Shown here in pieces: positions 45,674 through 58,500 of a stretch of 64,000 nt of DNA (positions within the stretch are counted from its first letter, which is position 1; each line of letters begins with the position of its first letter). Source of the stretch: Candidatus Micrarchaeota archaeon (GTDB lineage Archaea; Micrarchaeota; Micrarchaeia; Anstonellales; Bilamarchaeaceae); contig JAGMCT010000002.1 in NCBI GenBank assembly GCA_023129075.1, positions 67,077 to 131,076 of the forward strand, in the 5' to 3' direction. Under the pieces are notes generated by a model that made no database searches, was not told where the DNA came from, and worked only from the letters and a program-made list of their open reading frames with translations. Made by a program: the position numbers and the translations under genes.

Positions 45674-48600
45674 AACAACAGCACCATAAAAAATATTATT
45701 TCAACATCAAGCATTGAGCAGGGATTGAATATATTGCCTGCCAGCCAGTTTCCATACAAGCTCCATCCAAATAGGAACGGAAGCGAGAATAATATCGGAA
45801 TAAATAGAATACCAATTCCAAGCATGCGCCCTTTCTTTTTCTTGTATTTCCTGCCCAGCAGATGTAAATTGAGAATAAATAGAATAACCATAGCAGTCCA
45901 CAGAATCCATGCACTGCTTTTTGGTATGTTATACAGCCCAAGACACAAAGGCCCTGAGCACATTCTCTCAAACTCACCTATAGATAACCCCTCATCCATT
46001 ATTGCATATCCGTCTTTATGTGCCTGCACAAGGTATTCCCCAGGTTCGCTGAAAGTAAGATATATCTCTCCCTTTTCATTTGTCTGGTATTCAACCTTCC
46101 CAAGACACATAGGTCCGGTACAAATCTTTGCGGTTTCCAGTTTTCCTGCTTCATCTGTTACTATGTATCCTCCATACTCGTCAAGGGTTATATAAGCCCC
46201 TTCTTTCTCAAATGTGTACCCCACCCTGTTTATCACCACAACAGCATTTGGAATTGGATTTCCTTTACTGTCTACAATAACAATCCAGGTCCTTTCATTA
46301 AGATAAATTTCATCCTCTGTTTGCACAAAACCTTTTCTTATTATCTCAAAAATCTTTTTCAGATCAAGATAGTTCTCCTTTTCTACGATTATTTCTCCTT
46401 TATATGAAATTATTACCCTTGCAATTCCCCCCTCACCAGCATAAGTATCAGTATCTTCATTATAAACATGTGCAAAAGGAACAGGCTCCCCCCTATTATT
46501 TATAATCTCCATTATTACTGTTTTTCCTTCAATAAGCTCCCCTTCAATTATCTTTAAATCCATCTCCTTTGGAACGCATGAATTATTTATGCAGAATTCT
46601 GTTTCCTTACATTCATAACCAGGTATTCCTTCACAGCACTCGTATTCTCTGCAGTCGTGGTTAAGTATGATTCCGCAAGCACAATCTATCTCAATACACA
46701 TACCTTCATTACAGTATTCATTCCATTCACAATCTCCATTCTCCTCGCATTCTATACACACTTCATCACAGAGATTGCTTTTGCACATTGCATTCCTTTC
46801 GCAGTCCTCTTCCAGTTCTCTTTTCTCTTCGCATATTATACCATTACAAAATTCGTCCTCTGCACAATCACTGTCATTGTAGCACTGAGGTATTACCTCA
46901 AAATAAAATTCATAATAATCATCGGCCCTTCCATTATCTGCAAGAACCTTAATTAGATATTCCCCCAACTCAGTTGGATAAACACCAAGCGCAATCTCTC
47001 CACTCTCCTTCTTTTCTATTTCCTGTATGAGCCCATCGCTTCCTGTTATTGACGGCGGGGTTACAAGCTCAACAAATATATCTTTTTCATCATAATTCCC
47101 AGTATTTTCTATAACCACAGCAACCAAGGTATTCTTGTATATTATTCCTTCCTCCGGTTCCGCAGAAATTATCTCTATCTTATGCTTCTTTTTATGGTCT
47201 TCTTCCCCCCCTGCTTCCTCAAGCGTTACATACCATGTTTGGTTAACCTCTTCATAAAGCGTTTCCAGCACCACCACAATTTCATATTCCTGAAGCGCAA
47301 GTCCATCCACATTCCATGCATATGTGCTCGTATCATTGGTTCCTGATGTTTCATTGTACTCAGCACCATCTACATACCACCTAATTACTACTTCGCTTGA
47401 ATTTTCATAGGTGATTATGAAATCCTGCACATCTGAATTCTCTATTGTTATATTTATTGGCGTGTCTCTCTCATAATCTCTTGTCCCCATATTCTCATCA
47501 GGATAAACAGTCAATATTCTTACACTCAGCGGAATATCACAGCTGTCCTTATATCCATCATCATCCATATCTGCAAATAAGCAGGTCCACTTCTCTCCGT
47601 TCGTTCCGGTTCCCTGGGCCGTAAGATTTGCACACAGGAAGAACACTTTTGATGCTGAGCTTACCTCATCCCCTTCAGCATCCGTCACGTTAATATAAAG
47701 CTCATACATTTCATCCTGCGCAGGTGCATTTATGGTTCCAGAGCATTCTACTCTGTCTGTCCCCACAACCACTGCAGGCAGATTCCCTGCAAGCTGGTCT
47801 ACCCCCCCGCTTTTCTTATAATACACCTGGCAGTTCGCTATCACTGTTGAGTCATCCGTCCTAAACTGTGCACTCACATCAATTGTATCGCTTATATTAT
47901 ACCAGACATCACTCAGGCTGAATGAACCGCTTACATATGCAGGCTTCAAATCCACAACAAACGAAGTTGTATTCATAAGCCCATAATTCCCTGCAGGGTC
48001 TCTTGCCCTTACACTCACATAATAGGTTCCGTCATCCACCATACTCCCTATATTGAATTTACAATTAGAGTCATAGGTTTCTCCAATAGAATATCCCCCC
48101 GGCCCTGTTGCATTATAATAACACCCATAAATCTCCCCGTCATGGAAGTTCGTATTTGCAGTATCACTGTCATTTGCAAGAACCCCCATCCATACTGCTC
48201 CATTATACACAATTTCGTCCTTAACACCCGGTTCTGTAACTATCCTCGTTATATTCGGCGCATCATCATCCAATATTAAATAATACGGGAAATTCTCTGA
48301 TGTTGCTCCCCCAGGATTGATGCTGTGCGAATACTCAAATTTCTTATAACTCCCAACATCAGCATAGCTGTAAGCAGAGGTTGTTGGAATCCTTATCGTC
48401 ACATCAAACCCATTATAGGTTGTTCCCAGGTGGTCATCATCCCATAATTTAATTACAGCCTGCCCTGCATTATCCTCATAAGAAAATGTTTCAAATATTC
48501 CTGCATCCGGCCCTTCTTTTGTCATCCCGGCCAGGTTCAATCCCTGCCCGTGCGAAAGCCCAAACCCATTTTTATTTCCAATAAACATCTTCACCTGGTC

Positions 48601-51600
48601 AAAACTCTCTGTGCTTGTAAGCCTTATCAAAAAGTCATTTCCTGTCCGCACCCTTCTCGGATAAGTCATGGTTACCTGGTTCCCTGGGCCTCCATATGTC
48701 ACAGTAATATTCTGCTCATCATATAATGTCCCATGCAGTGTTGAATCCACCCTGCATACAACATCATTTACACAATCACCATCAACACAATCCACAACTC
48801 CATCCCCATCATTATCAACATCATCATTGCATGTTGCTTCTGCAGGATTTTCGCATGCTCCTATTCCATTACAGTTTGCGTCTGCACAATCCGCATTCCC
48901 ATCATTATCATTATCCGCCCCATCAGAACAGAAATATGCATTGTTCTCATTTCCTCCAGCCACACAAATATGTGCATCGTAATCCACCAGCCATCCTACA
49001 CAATTTGTATCTCCACAATCAGTTCCCCCGCCATCAAACCTATCATAATCATTATCAAAACTATCCGCACATGAATCCCAGCTCACATTCTCTTCATCCG
49101 GGCACGGTCCGCAGTAGTCAAACTGCTGCCAGCAGTCCAAGTCATCACAGTCCGCTTTCACAGGAGGATAGGTTCCTTTATAAACATCTGTCGGCAGTGG
49201 GTCATCGTCCACCCCATTCTCACAATACGTCCAGTTCCTAAGCAGATTGTTAAAGAAAGGAGTCGCCCCAGTCGGGTCATATTCCATGTCAAGACACATC
49301 TCAAACGGATTGTTCGGATTCTGAACCCCTGTACAATTCATATCCCCGCAGTCAACCCCTCCAGATGCATTCACAATCCACGGACCACCTCCCCAAAAGT
49401 TTGCAGGATTTGTCCATTTATATGCATCCATATCATTATCCACATCATCAAAACACCATGAATCCTGAACATTTTCAACTGCAGGAACCGCCCCATCAAA
49501 CTGGCAGTCATAATCATCATAATCTCCATCATTTACGTATACAATCCCATAATACGCCAGATAAGCAGAAGGATTGTTTCCCCATCCAGGATTCGGCATC
49601 CCGCCTGCATTCCCATCATAATCATTATCAAATCCATCATTACAGGTAAGCTCTCTGCTCAATTCACAGGTATTTCCGCCTCCCATTACCGTAGTGTTGC
49701 AATCCTCATCCGGATACCTGTCGCTTCCATACCCGTAATAACCTCCCCATTCACAATCCATTCCTGCCCCATAACTATTGTTTATTGCATACCCAAATAT
49801 TCCTGCTTCCAGCCATTTATCCCAGTCATTATCTACACCATCATCACACTGCACCCCAACTTCAGTAAATATAGTAAAGTTCTGCTGGCAGAAAAACCTG
49901 CAGTCATACTCTGCATCATTATATCCACCCCCTCCCTGCAATTGACAATCCAATAAATTATACATATCATTATCAAAATTGTCATCACACGTAAGTTCTC
50001 TTCCATACTCACACCTATGATAAGGAGGAGTAGGCTCTGTCACCAAGTTGCAGTCCAAATCCCTGCAGTCCACCAAACTCAATCCTGGATTCACATGCCC
50101 CCAATTCGAATCCTCCATAGCCCAGTCATTATTATACTCATCAAAACAACTCTCATTCCCCAGCAGTTCACTTGCATAACCGCACAGCCCATAGGTAAAT
50201 GCACCAATATAATCATTCCATGCAGAAGGCCCCCAGCTTGCATTACAATCCAAATCATAACAATCATAAGAAGACTCGTAAAAACAATTCTGCTCATTCC
50301 CTGCACAGTTCAGATAATCAAAGTCTGCATTCTCAGTATCGTTGCATGAGCCCCAGTTCACCCCCTCAACCCAGATATCATCCTCATGTTCATTTGTTGA
50401 GTTCCATTTTCCCCCAGGGCTTCCCCCATAGCTCTCATTATCAAAATAAATAGGCACACTAACTGTTTCAGAATATACTGTAATCCCCTGCACATATGTC
50501 ACAGTAATATTTATCTCATACCCCTGGCTCATATCTATTGAACCCGGGTCCGCAAAACTCAAGTTGAATGTTGTATCTATCTTTGCAATCGTCTGGTCAT
50601 TGTCAAATGATTTTAGTATAACCTCATTCTGCCTTGTGTTCGCAGGCCCAAGAGAATCTGTTAATATAGGATTACTATTCTTATCAATAAAATAAAGCAG
50701 TTTCCCTTCATTTGCTGTCGCTCCCGGCGCATACTTATTAACCTGCTCAATATCCGGGAACCCCTCAACATTTACTGTTGTAAGATAACTATTTCCTGCA
50801 TTTATCTGCCATGCCCTAATTCTCATCTTGAATGTTCCGTCCGGCATTGAATGCATAGTATACCATATATTAGTGCTGAATGTTACTGCAGTGCTCTGCT
50901 CCTTTCCAATATCCCCAGCAGGTATATTTACAGCCAGCGTTCCATGCGAACCCGAAGGAGAATAATACAAACTTGAATTAGCAAATGCCTGTTTCACCAA
51001 ACAAGAATATGTAATCCCCCTGCAGTCCGAATCAAAGCAGTCCACAAAGGTATCATCCTCAGCAAAATCCGCAAACCCAGGCGCCCCAATTGCAGAATCT
51101 ACCCCATCATTGCACCATTCCTCCACAGAAATCCCATTATATTTTGTAACAGAATAGGTAACATCCCCAGGCCCATCCGCCTTTACAGTATTCCTAAAAT
51201 ACTGCGCCTCAATACTCTTTCCGTTGAATGCATTTGCTATATCCGCAGAGCTCCAGTTCAAAGGATGCACATGTATTCTCCAGTTTGTCTTATAGCTCTC
51301 TTTTACTGTTCCCCCTCCATCTATTACCTCGCATTTATCTATCTCCCACGGCACATAAATAGAGGTATTCCCTCCCATGCTTGTATTTATGGAATCCGTT
51401 ATCTGCAGGGAATAATTAAGCGAAACATTCTCACTATTTATCCCCCCCGCCCCAATGGTTCTGTTCAGGAAAAATCTTGTGCAGCTGCTGTTGTAAGGAT
51501 GGTCCCCGCAGTCCGACTGATTTATCCAGCATCCAACTTTATCCCCGGCATTCGCAGTCATATTTTCCAATATAATAGTAAAATTATACTTCAACCCTTC

Positions 51601-52335
51601 TCCAGTATGCGGGTCCCCTGCATCATATGCATAATAAACTCCCTCAGGAAATGTTGTATTCTTTTCTATACATTCATACTGAACATCTGCAAAGAGCCAG
51701 TAATCCACTGTCTGCCCTGCAAGGCTTCCATTCACCGGAAGTATGAGCTGGTAATCGCTTGTTGTTCCGTTCCAATCCGGCTTATCATCCTCATATGTTG
51801 CAGAAAGCACAAACCTATTTTCTGCATCCTGTAGATATCCTGCCCTGAAAATACCTGGTTTGGTATATGCAGAGGGAACATTACTCACTTCCCCAAAGCT
51901 GAAATTAAATGTTGAGACAAAAGTAAATGTATTGCTCGCATTATCCGCATCTGTTCCCGCGTTCATAAAAGCATTAAGTGCAATGAGATTTCCTGCACTA
52001 AAAGGAGTTGCTGCACTGCTTTCATTTACTGCATAGATAGTAACATTAATTATATTATAACCTGTTATTACGCCCCCGACCGCAGGACAATCCGGCTCTT
52101 TTGCCGTCACATCCAAATAGGTTATGTTCTCTCCTTCAGCCAGCACATGATAGTAATCCGGCCCACCACCTATTGAGATATTCCCATAAAAACCAGCCCA
52201 TCTCTGCGTAGTATCATTTCCCTGAAGGTTTACTGCAGTTATATTTCCCCCCTCAGTCAAATCTACATTCGCCCCATAAAGTAGAGAACAGAGCAGCACA
52301 AACACCAATACAAATCGCATGCCTGCATATTGCAT
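45619..52335 (-). CDS. Giant (2238 aa) secreted cell-surface protein. It has an N-terminal shared domain, extensive Cys/Asp-rich TSP3-like putative Ca-binding repeats (CxDxxDNDxDG...DCxDxDC), a C-terminal Cys-rich EGF-like cluster, and 3-4 C-terminal TM helices plus a poly-K tail
   Basis: Single uninterrupted ORF. Signal peptide MRFVLVFVLLCSLLYGA. At least 9 CxDGxDNDxD repeats. C-terminal TMs (ILWTAMVILFILNLHLL, GIGILFIPILFSLPFLFGWSL, IIFFMVLLLW). Confidence 0.75.
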   Translation of the reverse strand: MQYAGMRFVLVFVLLCSLLYGANVDLTEGGNITAVNLQGNDTTQRWAGFYGNISIGGGPDYYHVLAEGENITYLDVTAKEPDCPAVGGVITGYNIINVTIYAVNESSAATPFSAGNLIALNAFMNAGTDADNASNTFTFVSTFNFSFGEVSNVPSAYTKPGIFRAGYLQDAENRFVLSATYEDDKPDWNGTTSDYQLILPVNGSLAGQTVDYWLFADVQYECIEKNTTFPEGVYYAYDAGDPHTGEGLKYNFTIILENMTANAGDKVGCWINQSDCGDHPYNSSCTRFFLNRTIGAGGINSENVSLNYSLQITDSINTSMGGNTSIYVPWEIDKCEVIDGGGTVKESYKTNWRIHVHPLNWSSADIANAFNGKSIEAQYFRNTVKADGPGDVTYSVTKYNGISVEEWCNDGVDSAIGAPGFADFAEDDTFVDCFDSDCRGITYSCLVKQAFANSSLYYSPSGSHGTLAVNIPAGDIGKEQSTAVTFSTNIWYTMHSMPDGTFKMRIRAWQINAGNSYLTTVNVEGFPDIEQVNKYAPGATANEGKLLYFIDKNSNPILTDSLGPANTRQNEVILKSFDNDQTIAKIDTTFNLSFADPGSIDMSQGYEINITVTYVQGITVYSETVSVPIYFDNESYGGSPGGKWNSTNEHEDDIWVEGVNWGSCNDTENADFDYLNCAGNEQNCFYESSYDCYDLDCNASWGPSAWNDYIGAFTYGLCGYASELLGNESCFDEYNNDWAMEDSNWGHVNPGLSLVDCRDLDCNLVTEPTPPYHRCEYGRELTCDDNFDNDMYNLLDCQLQGGGGYNDAEYDCRFFCQQNFTIFTEVGVQCDDGVDNDWDKWLEAGIFGYAINNSYGAGMDCEWGGYYGYGSDRYPDEDCNTTVMGGGNTCELSRELTCNDGFDNDYDGNAGGMPNPGWGNNPSAYLAYYGIVYVNDGDYDDYDCQFDGAVPAVENVQDSWCFDDVDNDMDAYKWTNPANFWGGGPWIVNASGGVDCGDMNCTGVQNPNNPFEMCLDMEYDPTGATPFFNNLLRNWTYCENGVDDDPLPTDVYKGTYPPVKADCDDLDCWQQFDYCGPCPDEENVSWDSCADSFDNDYDRFDGGGTDCGDTNCVGWLVDYDAHICVAGGNENNAYFCSDGADNDNDGNADCADANCNGIGACENPAEATCNDDVDNDGDGVVDCVDGDCVNDVVCRVDSTLHGTLYDEQNITVTYGGPGNQVTMTYPRRVRTGNDFLIRLTSTESFDQVKMFIGNKNGFGLSHGQGLNLAGMTKEGPDAGIFETFSYEDNAGQAVIKLWDDDHLGTTYNGFDVTIRIPTTSAYSYADVGSYKKFEYSHSINPGGATSENFPYYLILDDDAPNITRIVTEPGVKDEIVYNGAVWMGVLANDSDTANTNFHDGEIYGCYYNATGPGGYSIGETYDSNCKFNIGSMVDDGTYYVSVRARDPAGNYGLMNTTSFVVDLKPAYVSGSFSLSDVWYNISDTIDVSAQFRTDDSTVIANCQVYYKKSGGVDQLAGNLPAVVVGTDRVECSGTINAPAQDEMYELYINVTDAEGDEVSSASKVFFLCANLTAQGTGTNGEKWTCLFADMDDDGYKDSCDIPLSVRILTVYPDENMGTRDYERDTPINITIENSDVQDFIITYENSSEVVIRWYVDGAEYNETSGTNDTSTYAWNVDGLALQEYEIVVVLETLYEEVNQTWYVTLEEAGGEEDHKKKHKIEIISAEPEEGIIYKNTLVAVVIENTGNYDEKDIFVELVTPPSITGSDGLIQEIEKKESGEIALGVYPTELGEYLIKVLADNGRADDYYEFYFEVIPQCYNDSDCAEDEFCNGIICEEKRELEEDCERNAMCKSNLCDEVCIECEENGDCEWNEYCNEGMCIEIDCACGIILNHDCREYECCEGIPGYECKETEFCINNSCVPKEMDLKIIEGELIEGKTVIMEIINNRGEPVPFAHVYNEDTDTYAGEGGIARVIISYKGEIIVEKENYLDLKKIFEIIRKGFVQTEDEIYLNERTWIVIVDSKGNPIPNAVVVINRVGYTFEKEGAYITLDEYGGYIVTDEAGKLETAKICTGPMCLGKVEYQTNEKGEIYLTFSEPGEYLVQAHKDGYAIMDEGLSIGEFERMCSGPLCLGLYNIPKSSAWILWTAMVILFILNLHLLGRKYKKKKGRMLGIGILFIPILFSLPFLFGWSLYGNWLAGNIFNPCSMLDVEIIFFMVLLLWRKKKKELKGEKKKRKS

Positions 52336-52542
52336 AAATTCATTTAAACTAAGTCTCTTAAAAAAGGTTTCTAAAACACATTTTCATATTAAATAACAAA
52401 TAATTTAACAGCAAATAATTTATTTTGGAATTCATTTTAATAGAATATTAGTTCTATTTTATGTGTTTATACTGCTCTTTCTTATCTTTCCCAACAATAA
52501 ATAACCCTAACCTTTAAAACGCCCCTTGATATTACTTTAGTG

Positions 52543-55500
52543 ATGTTGGGTTCGAAAAGTGGCTTAGGATTAGCACTATTGCTATTCATTCTTGCTTTAC
52601 TCCAACCAATCTCCGACACCACTTTCACAAAAACAATAAACATTTCCTACTTCGAGAGTATGGAATCTGATTTCTCTAATCTGCAGGTTTTTTCGATTTC
52701 CGACGAAGGCGCAGAACCCCTTGTTTATACTATTCTGGAGTATTCCCCAGGAGAATGGGCGCTCCTGGAAATTTCAATCCCTTATGACAGCGAAAGATTA
52801 CTTTTCACCCATTTCTTACTGGATAATTACGAGCCGGTAACCATCAGCGGAAAAGAAGTAAAATACTATTTTGAGAAAATAAATGGAGCTGGATACATAA
52901 GATTAAAGGATTCTTTTATAGAAAACATCACGATCCACAATATCTCCGCTTCCTCAAACATAGAGATATTCAAAGACATTATTGTTTCCAATGATGAGCT
53001 TGAAAACCTAAGAGCATTTTCCTTTAACCCAAAGAATATAGAATCCGCAGAGATATCTATAATTGCAAAAGGTTATTTCCTTTTCAAATGCAAAGACTGG
53101 AATTACACCACCCAGTCCTGCCAAGGAGAATGGGAATACCAGTTCCCCATAACCCCTGGAAAACCCTACACAATCCACCTCAATTCTTTAGACCCCGGCT
53201 ATGCTGAATCAGGCCCGTTCATTGCTTTTGACGACCGCGGTCTAACCGTAACCTCCAATGTTTATTCTTCAGATAATGTTTATGCAAACAAAAAGGCCAG
53301 TATTAGTTATTGGGTAAACGGCACTTGGAACATGGACATTCTTGGAGACCTAAACAGCGCCAACTTCAAATGTGAATTAAAGGTAGATTTAGCAGCCTTA
53401 GGAACCCTTTACCATGAATGGTTCAACTCTTCCTCTTCTTCCTGGAAAACAATCTGCACAAAATCAACCACTATTCAAATTACAGATACCACTCATAGTT
53501 GTGATGTTTCTTCTGATTTGAATACATCTGAATCCTCCCATACTCTGAGATGCAGGATTGCTTTCCTTCTTTTAAAAGATATTTCAATAGATTATATTTC
53601 TCTTGATTCTGATTTCCAATGTGTAAACCTCTCCAATCCCTCAACCTATCAAAACAGAGTAGTAAACATGAGCGGAATCTACTACATAAACGATAACGTA
53701 ATCCTATGCACAGATAATTATTCAACCACTGATGATTTAATCCGAATAAATGCTTCTTCCATTACTTTAGATTGCGGAGGTTCAACATTAGATGGAGATG
53801 ATGCGGGGAGTGATTACGGGATAGATACACAGCAGAATAATTACTTAGAAATAAAAAATTGCATAATTACTGATTTCAGAAGCGGTATTTACACAGATGC
53901 TAATTACAGTAATTTCACCAACAACACTGTTTATTCTAATATTGAAGGTTTTTCTGTTGTATCCTCTTCAAACAACAGTTTCACAAACAATACTGCACAT
54001 AATAACCTTAAATGCGGTTTTTCCCTCTCATCATCCTTAAACAACACTCTCACAAACAATACGGCCAATTCCAATCAGGATGGTTTTCACCTTCAATCCT
54101 CCTCTATTTACAATACTCTCATAAACAACACAGCGCAGGAAAATCTTGGATGTGATTTAGTAATTGCAATTTCCACAGCAGGAGACTGCAACAATCTTAT
54201 TGAGAATAATACTGGTTCTGGCGGCAGGCCAATTTTGTACGCAAATGAATCAGTCACATGGAGCAATTTAGAAGCATCAGAGGTTATTCTATGCAATGCA
54301 GATTATTCAGTCATCACTAATGTAACTGTAAAGGGTTCTGATGCTTTAGATAACAATTATTTCTTACTCTACCATTCAGATAACCTTTCAATATCCGATT
54401 CAAGCTCCGTAAATAATCTTTATGGTTTTTACGCTAGTTATTGCTCGCATAACAATTTCACCAATAATACTGCCAATTCAAACAATAATTATGGCTTCTA
54501 CATTCGCTACGGTTCTAATAATGCTTTCACTAATAATACAGCCAATTACAATAATTATGGCTTCTATATTCGTTCTTCACCCAGCAACATTTTCACAAAT
54601 AATACTGCTGATTCAAATGATAACTATGGCATTTACCTTTATTCTACCTCCGACAATAAGCTGACTAATAACACTGCCAGCATGAACGGTCGGTGTGGTT
54701 TTACCCTTTACTCCTCTTCAAACTATAATACCCTGGCTAGCAACACTGTTAGCTCAAATGAAAGGTCTGGTTTCTATTTTTACTCTTCCTCAGGCAATAA
54801 TATATCCAACTCAATAATTATAAACAACTCACAGCGTGGAATGCACCTGTACGGAAATTCAGATAATAATACATTTGAAAATATAACACTACATGGTAAT
54901 GCCCAGTCTTCTTCTTATTATGAGATTTACTTTGACCGCAGCGGAGTAATTTACCCAGAATACAATACCTTTACAGATATAAAACTCTACAATTCCACAA
55001 GATACATTGGATTTGACGACCAAACCCATACAAACCAAAACAACTTCACCAACCTTTCCATATGCTACAATTCCACAATAGGCTGCATAAATTGGGACTT
55101 CCTTAATCTCACTTATGCAAACCTTGCAAATGCAACAACAATAATCCTTGACCCAGAATTCATTTCCCTAAACACCTCAAACACAGGAGCAGCCCAATTC
55201 AATTCCTCTGCAAACATAACTATTTATGCTGAGGACTGCGCACACCCAATTTACAAAGCTTCAAATTTTCCAGATTCAAGAGATTCAATTCTCTCTTCCG
55301 GCTCTAAAGTTAACCCCATATACAATACCTGTTCAAATAATATTGCAGTATTTTCCACAGTAAATGATTTCTCAGGATATACAAAAGGATATGTTGGCTG
55401 TGTAAACCTTTCCAATCCCTCAACCTACCAAAACAAAGTAGTAAACATGAGTGGAATCTATTACATAAATGATAATGTAACCCTATGCACAGATAATTAT

Positions 55501-58500
55501 TCAACAACTGATGATTTAATCCGAATAAACGCCTCTTCTATTACTTTAGACTGCAACGGTTCAACATTAGATGGAGATGATGCAGGGGATGATTATGGAA
55601 TAGATACACAAGGAAATGATTACCTGGAGATAAAAAATTGCATAATTACTGATTTTGAAAGTGCAATATCTGCAACAGGCACAACCTACAGCAATTTCAC
55701 CAATAACACAGCCATTTCAAATACTGATGGTTTTATTGCTTCTTCTTTTAATTTTAATATTCTCTTAAACAATACCGCTACTTCAAACACAAAACATGGT
55801 TTCCACATTTCTTCTTCTTCCAATAATATTTTCACCAACAACACAGCCCAGCATAATGGCTATGGTTTCGGCATCTATACCACATCCGAGTATAATACCT
55901 TCACTAACAACATAGCTTATAGCAATAATGCTGGCGGTTTTTATCTTCGCACTTCAACCTACAGCATTTTCACTAACAACACAGCCAGTTCAAATAGTAA
56001 TGGTTTTTATTTTTACTCATCTTCAAGCAATAATATATCCAACTCAATAATTATAAACAATTTAAATCGTGGAATATACCTGTACAGAAATTCAGATAAT
56101 AATACATTTGAAAATATAACACTACATGGCAATGCCCAATCTTCTTCTTATGAGATTTACTTTGACCGCAATCTTGCGGATTATCCTGAACACAACACCT
56201 TTACAGATATAAAACTCTACAATTCCACAAGATACATTGGATTTGACGACCAAACCCATACAAACCAAAATAATTTCACCAACCTTTCCATATGCTACAA
56301 TTCCACAATAGGCTGCATAAATTGGGACTTCCTCAACCTCACTTATGCAAACCTTGCAAATGCAACAACAATCATCCTTGACCCAGAATTCATTTCCCTA
56401 AACACCTCAAATGCCGGAGCAGTCCAGTTCAATTCCTCTGCAAACATAACCGTAGAGGTCGTTTCCTGCATAAAACCTGCCGAATTCATAATAAGAAGAT
56501 TAACAGAATTCCCGCAAAGCAAAAACATCATACTGACCAGCGGGCAGGATTATGATCCAACATCTATATCCTGCCCTTCTTCCACATCCATTAAGTTCAA
56601 TATTTCTTCCTTCTCAGGCTTTGCTCCATTGAAAGCAGGAATCACAGATTGCTATACCATAGCTCATCCCGGAGACTACTGGATAGTAGATGACATAGAC
56701 GCAAGCTCTGTAAATGAAGTTTCTGCACGCGCCTGCATAAATATATCTTCAAGTAATGTCAACCTCAACCTCAACGGCTTCTCAATAGCAAACGGTTCAA
56801 ACATAAGCGGCATCTTTGCAAACGGTTCAAGCTCATATCAGTATACTAATATAACCATCCGTGATGGAACAGTAACGAACTTCACCCACAACAGCACCAT
56901 CGGCCCGGCATATATCGGAGGAATCATATTTACTTATATAGAGAATTCAAGTCTCTCAAACCTATCAGTAAGCTATGCTTCAAAACAAACCCCTGCAAAG
57001 GTTTCCACATATGGAATATTCTTTGATGGGAGCTCTTATAACTCCATTCTCAACCTTACGGTGCACAACAACGAACAAAATGGAATTAGAATTGAATCCT
57101 ATTCAAACTACAATAATTTCTCAGATATAATATCCTTAAGTAACATAGGGACTGGAATCCGAATCTCCTCAAGCCTAAACAACAGAATAGACCAAAGCAC
57201 CATATACAGCAATTCAGGAAGAGGAATCCATCTAGACTCCTCAAATTACACCATGGTCTTAGATACCCTTACTTATGATAACAGCTATGGCATCTCCTTA
57301 ACCTCAACCTCAAACAACACCCTCACCAACATCACCAGCCACACTAATTCCAACGGCGGTTTTTACTCTTCTGCAAGCTCCGGAAACAACATAACAAATA
57401 TACTATCCTACAACAATACCCAAGAGGGTTTCTTCATCACAACCTCCCATTTCAATAAATTGGAAAACATAACAACCTACACTAATTCCAGAAGAGGTTT
57501 AGTGCTTTTTTTGAGTAATTACAACACTCTTGAAAATATCACTACATACAATAACCCCTGGTACGGCATTTTTATCTCTTCTGCCTCCAACAACAACCTC
57601 ATCAACATTACCTCCTATAACAATTCCCAACACAGCCTTTACATATACGCAAATTCAGACAATAATATATTCACAGATTTAACATTCTATGAGGATGGGA
57701 AATCTCCTTCCTATTATGAGGTTTACTTTGGCCGCAATGGAGTAATTTACCCGGAATACAATACCTTTACAGATATAAAACTCTACAATTCCACAAGATA
57801 CATTGGATTTGACGACCAAACCCATACAAACCAAAATAATTTCACCAACCTTTCCATATGCTACAATTCCACAATAGGCTGCATAAATTGGGACTTCCTC
57901 AACCTCACTTATGCAAACCTTGCAAATGCAACAACAATAATCCTTGACCCAGAATTCATTTCCCTAAACACCTCAAATGCCGGAGCAGTCCAGTTCAATT
58001 CCTCTGCAAACATAACTATTTATGCTGAGGACTGCGCACACCCAATTTACAAAGCCTCAAATTTCCCAGATTCAAGAGATTTAATTCTCTCTTCCGGCTC
58101 TAAAGTTAACCCCATATACAATACCTGTTCAAATAATATTGCAGTATTTTCCACAGTAAATGATTTCTCAGGATATACAAAAGGATATGCTGGCTGTGTA
58201 AACCTTTCCAATCCCTCAACCTATCAAAACAAAGTAGTAAACATGAGCGGAATCTATTACATAAATAATGACGTAATTCTATGCACAGATAATTATTCAA
58301 CAACTGATGATTTAATCCGAATAAACGCCTCTTTCATTACATTGGACTGCAATGATTCTATTCTTGATGGAGATAATGCAGGGGGTGATGAGGGTATAAA
58401 CACACAACAGAATAATTACTTAGAAATAAAAAATTGCATAATTACTGATTTTGAAAGAGGCATATATCTATTTAATTCTACATACAATAGAATAGACAAT

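Noticed and set aside
48668-50453. Plus-strand His/Pro/Ser-rich ORFs (up to 171 aa) inside the minus-strand giant gene
   Set aside because: They are the antisense of the Asp/Asn/Gly-rich Ca-binding repeat coding sequence (GAT/GAC/AAT read backwards). They have biased composition, and the minus-strand ORF is uninterrupted for 6.7 kb.
53480-58303. Three near-identical small minus-strand ORFs (MLNNYLCIGLRY..., 53480-53725, 55310-55507, 58106-58303)
   Set aside because: They recur only because they lie antisense within the repeated module of the giant plus-strand gene. They are opposite a continuous plus-strand ORF, so they are artefacts. They are still useful as markers of the repeats.
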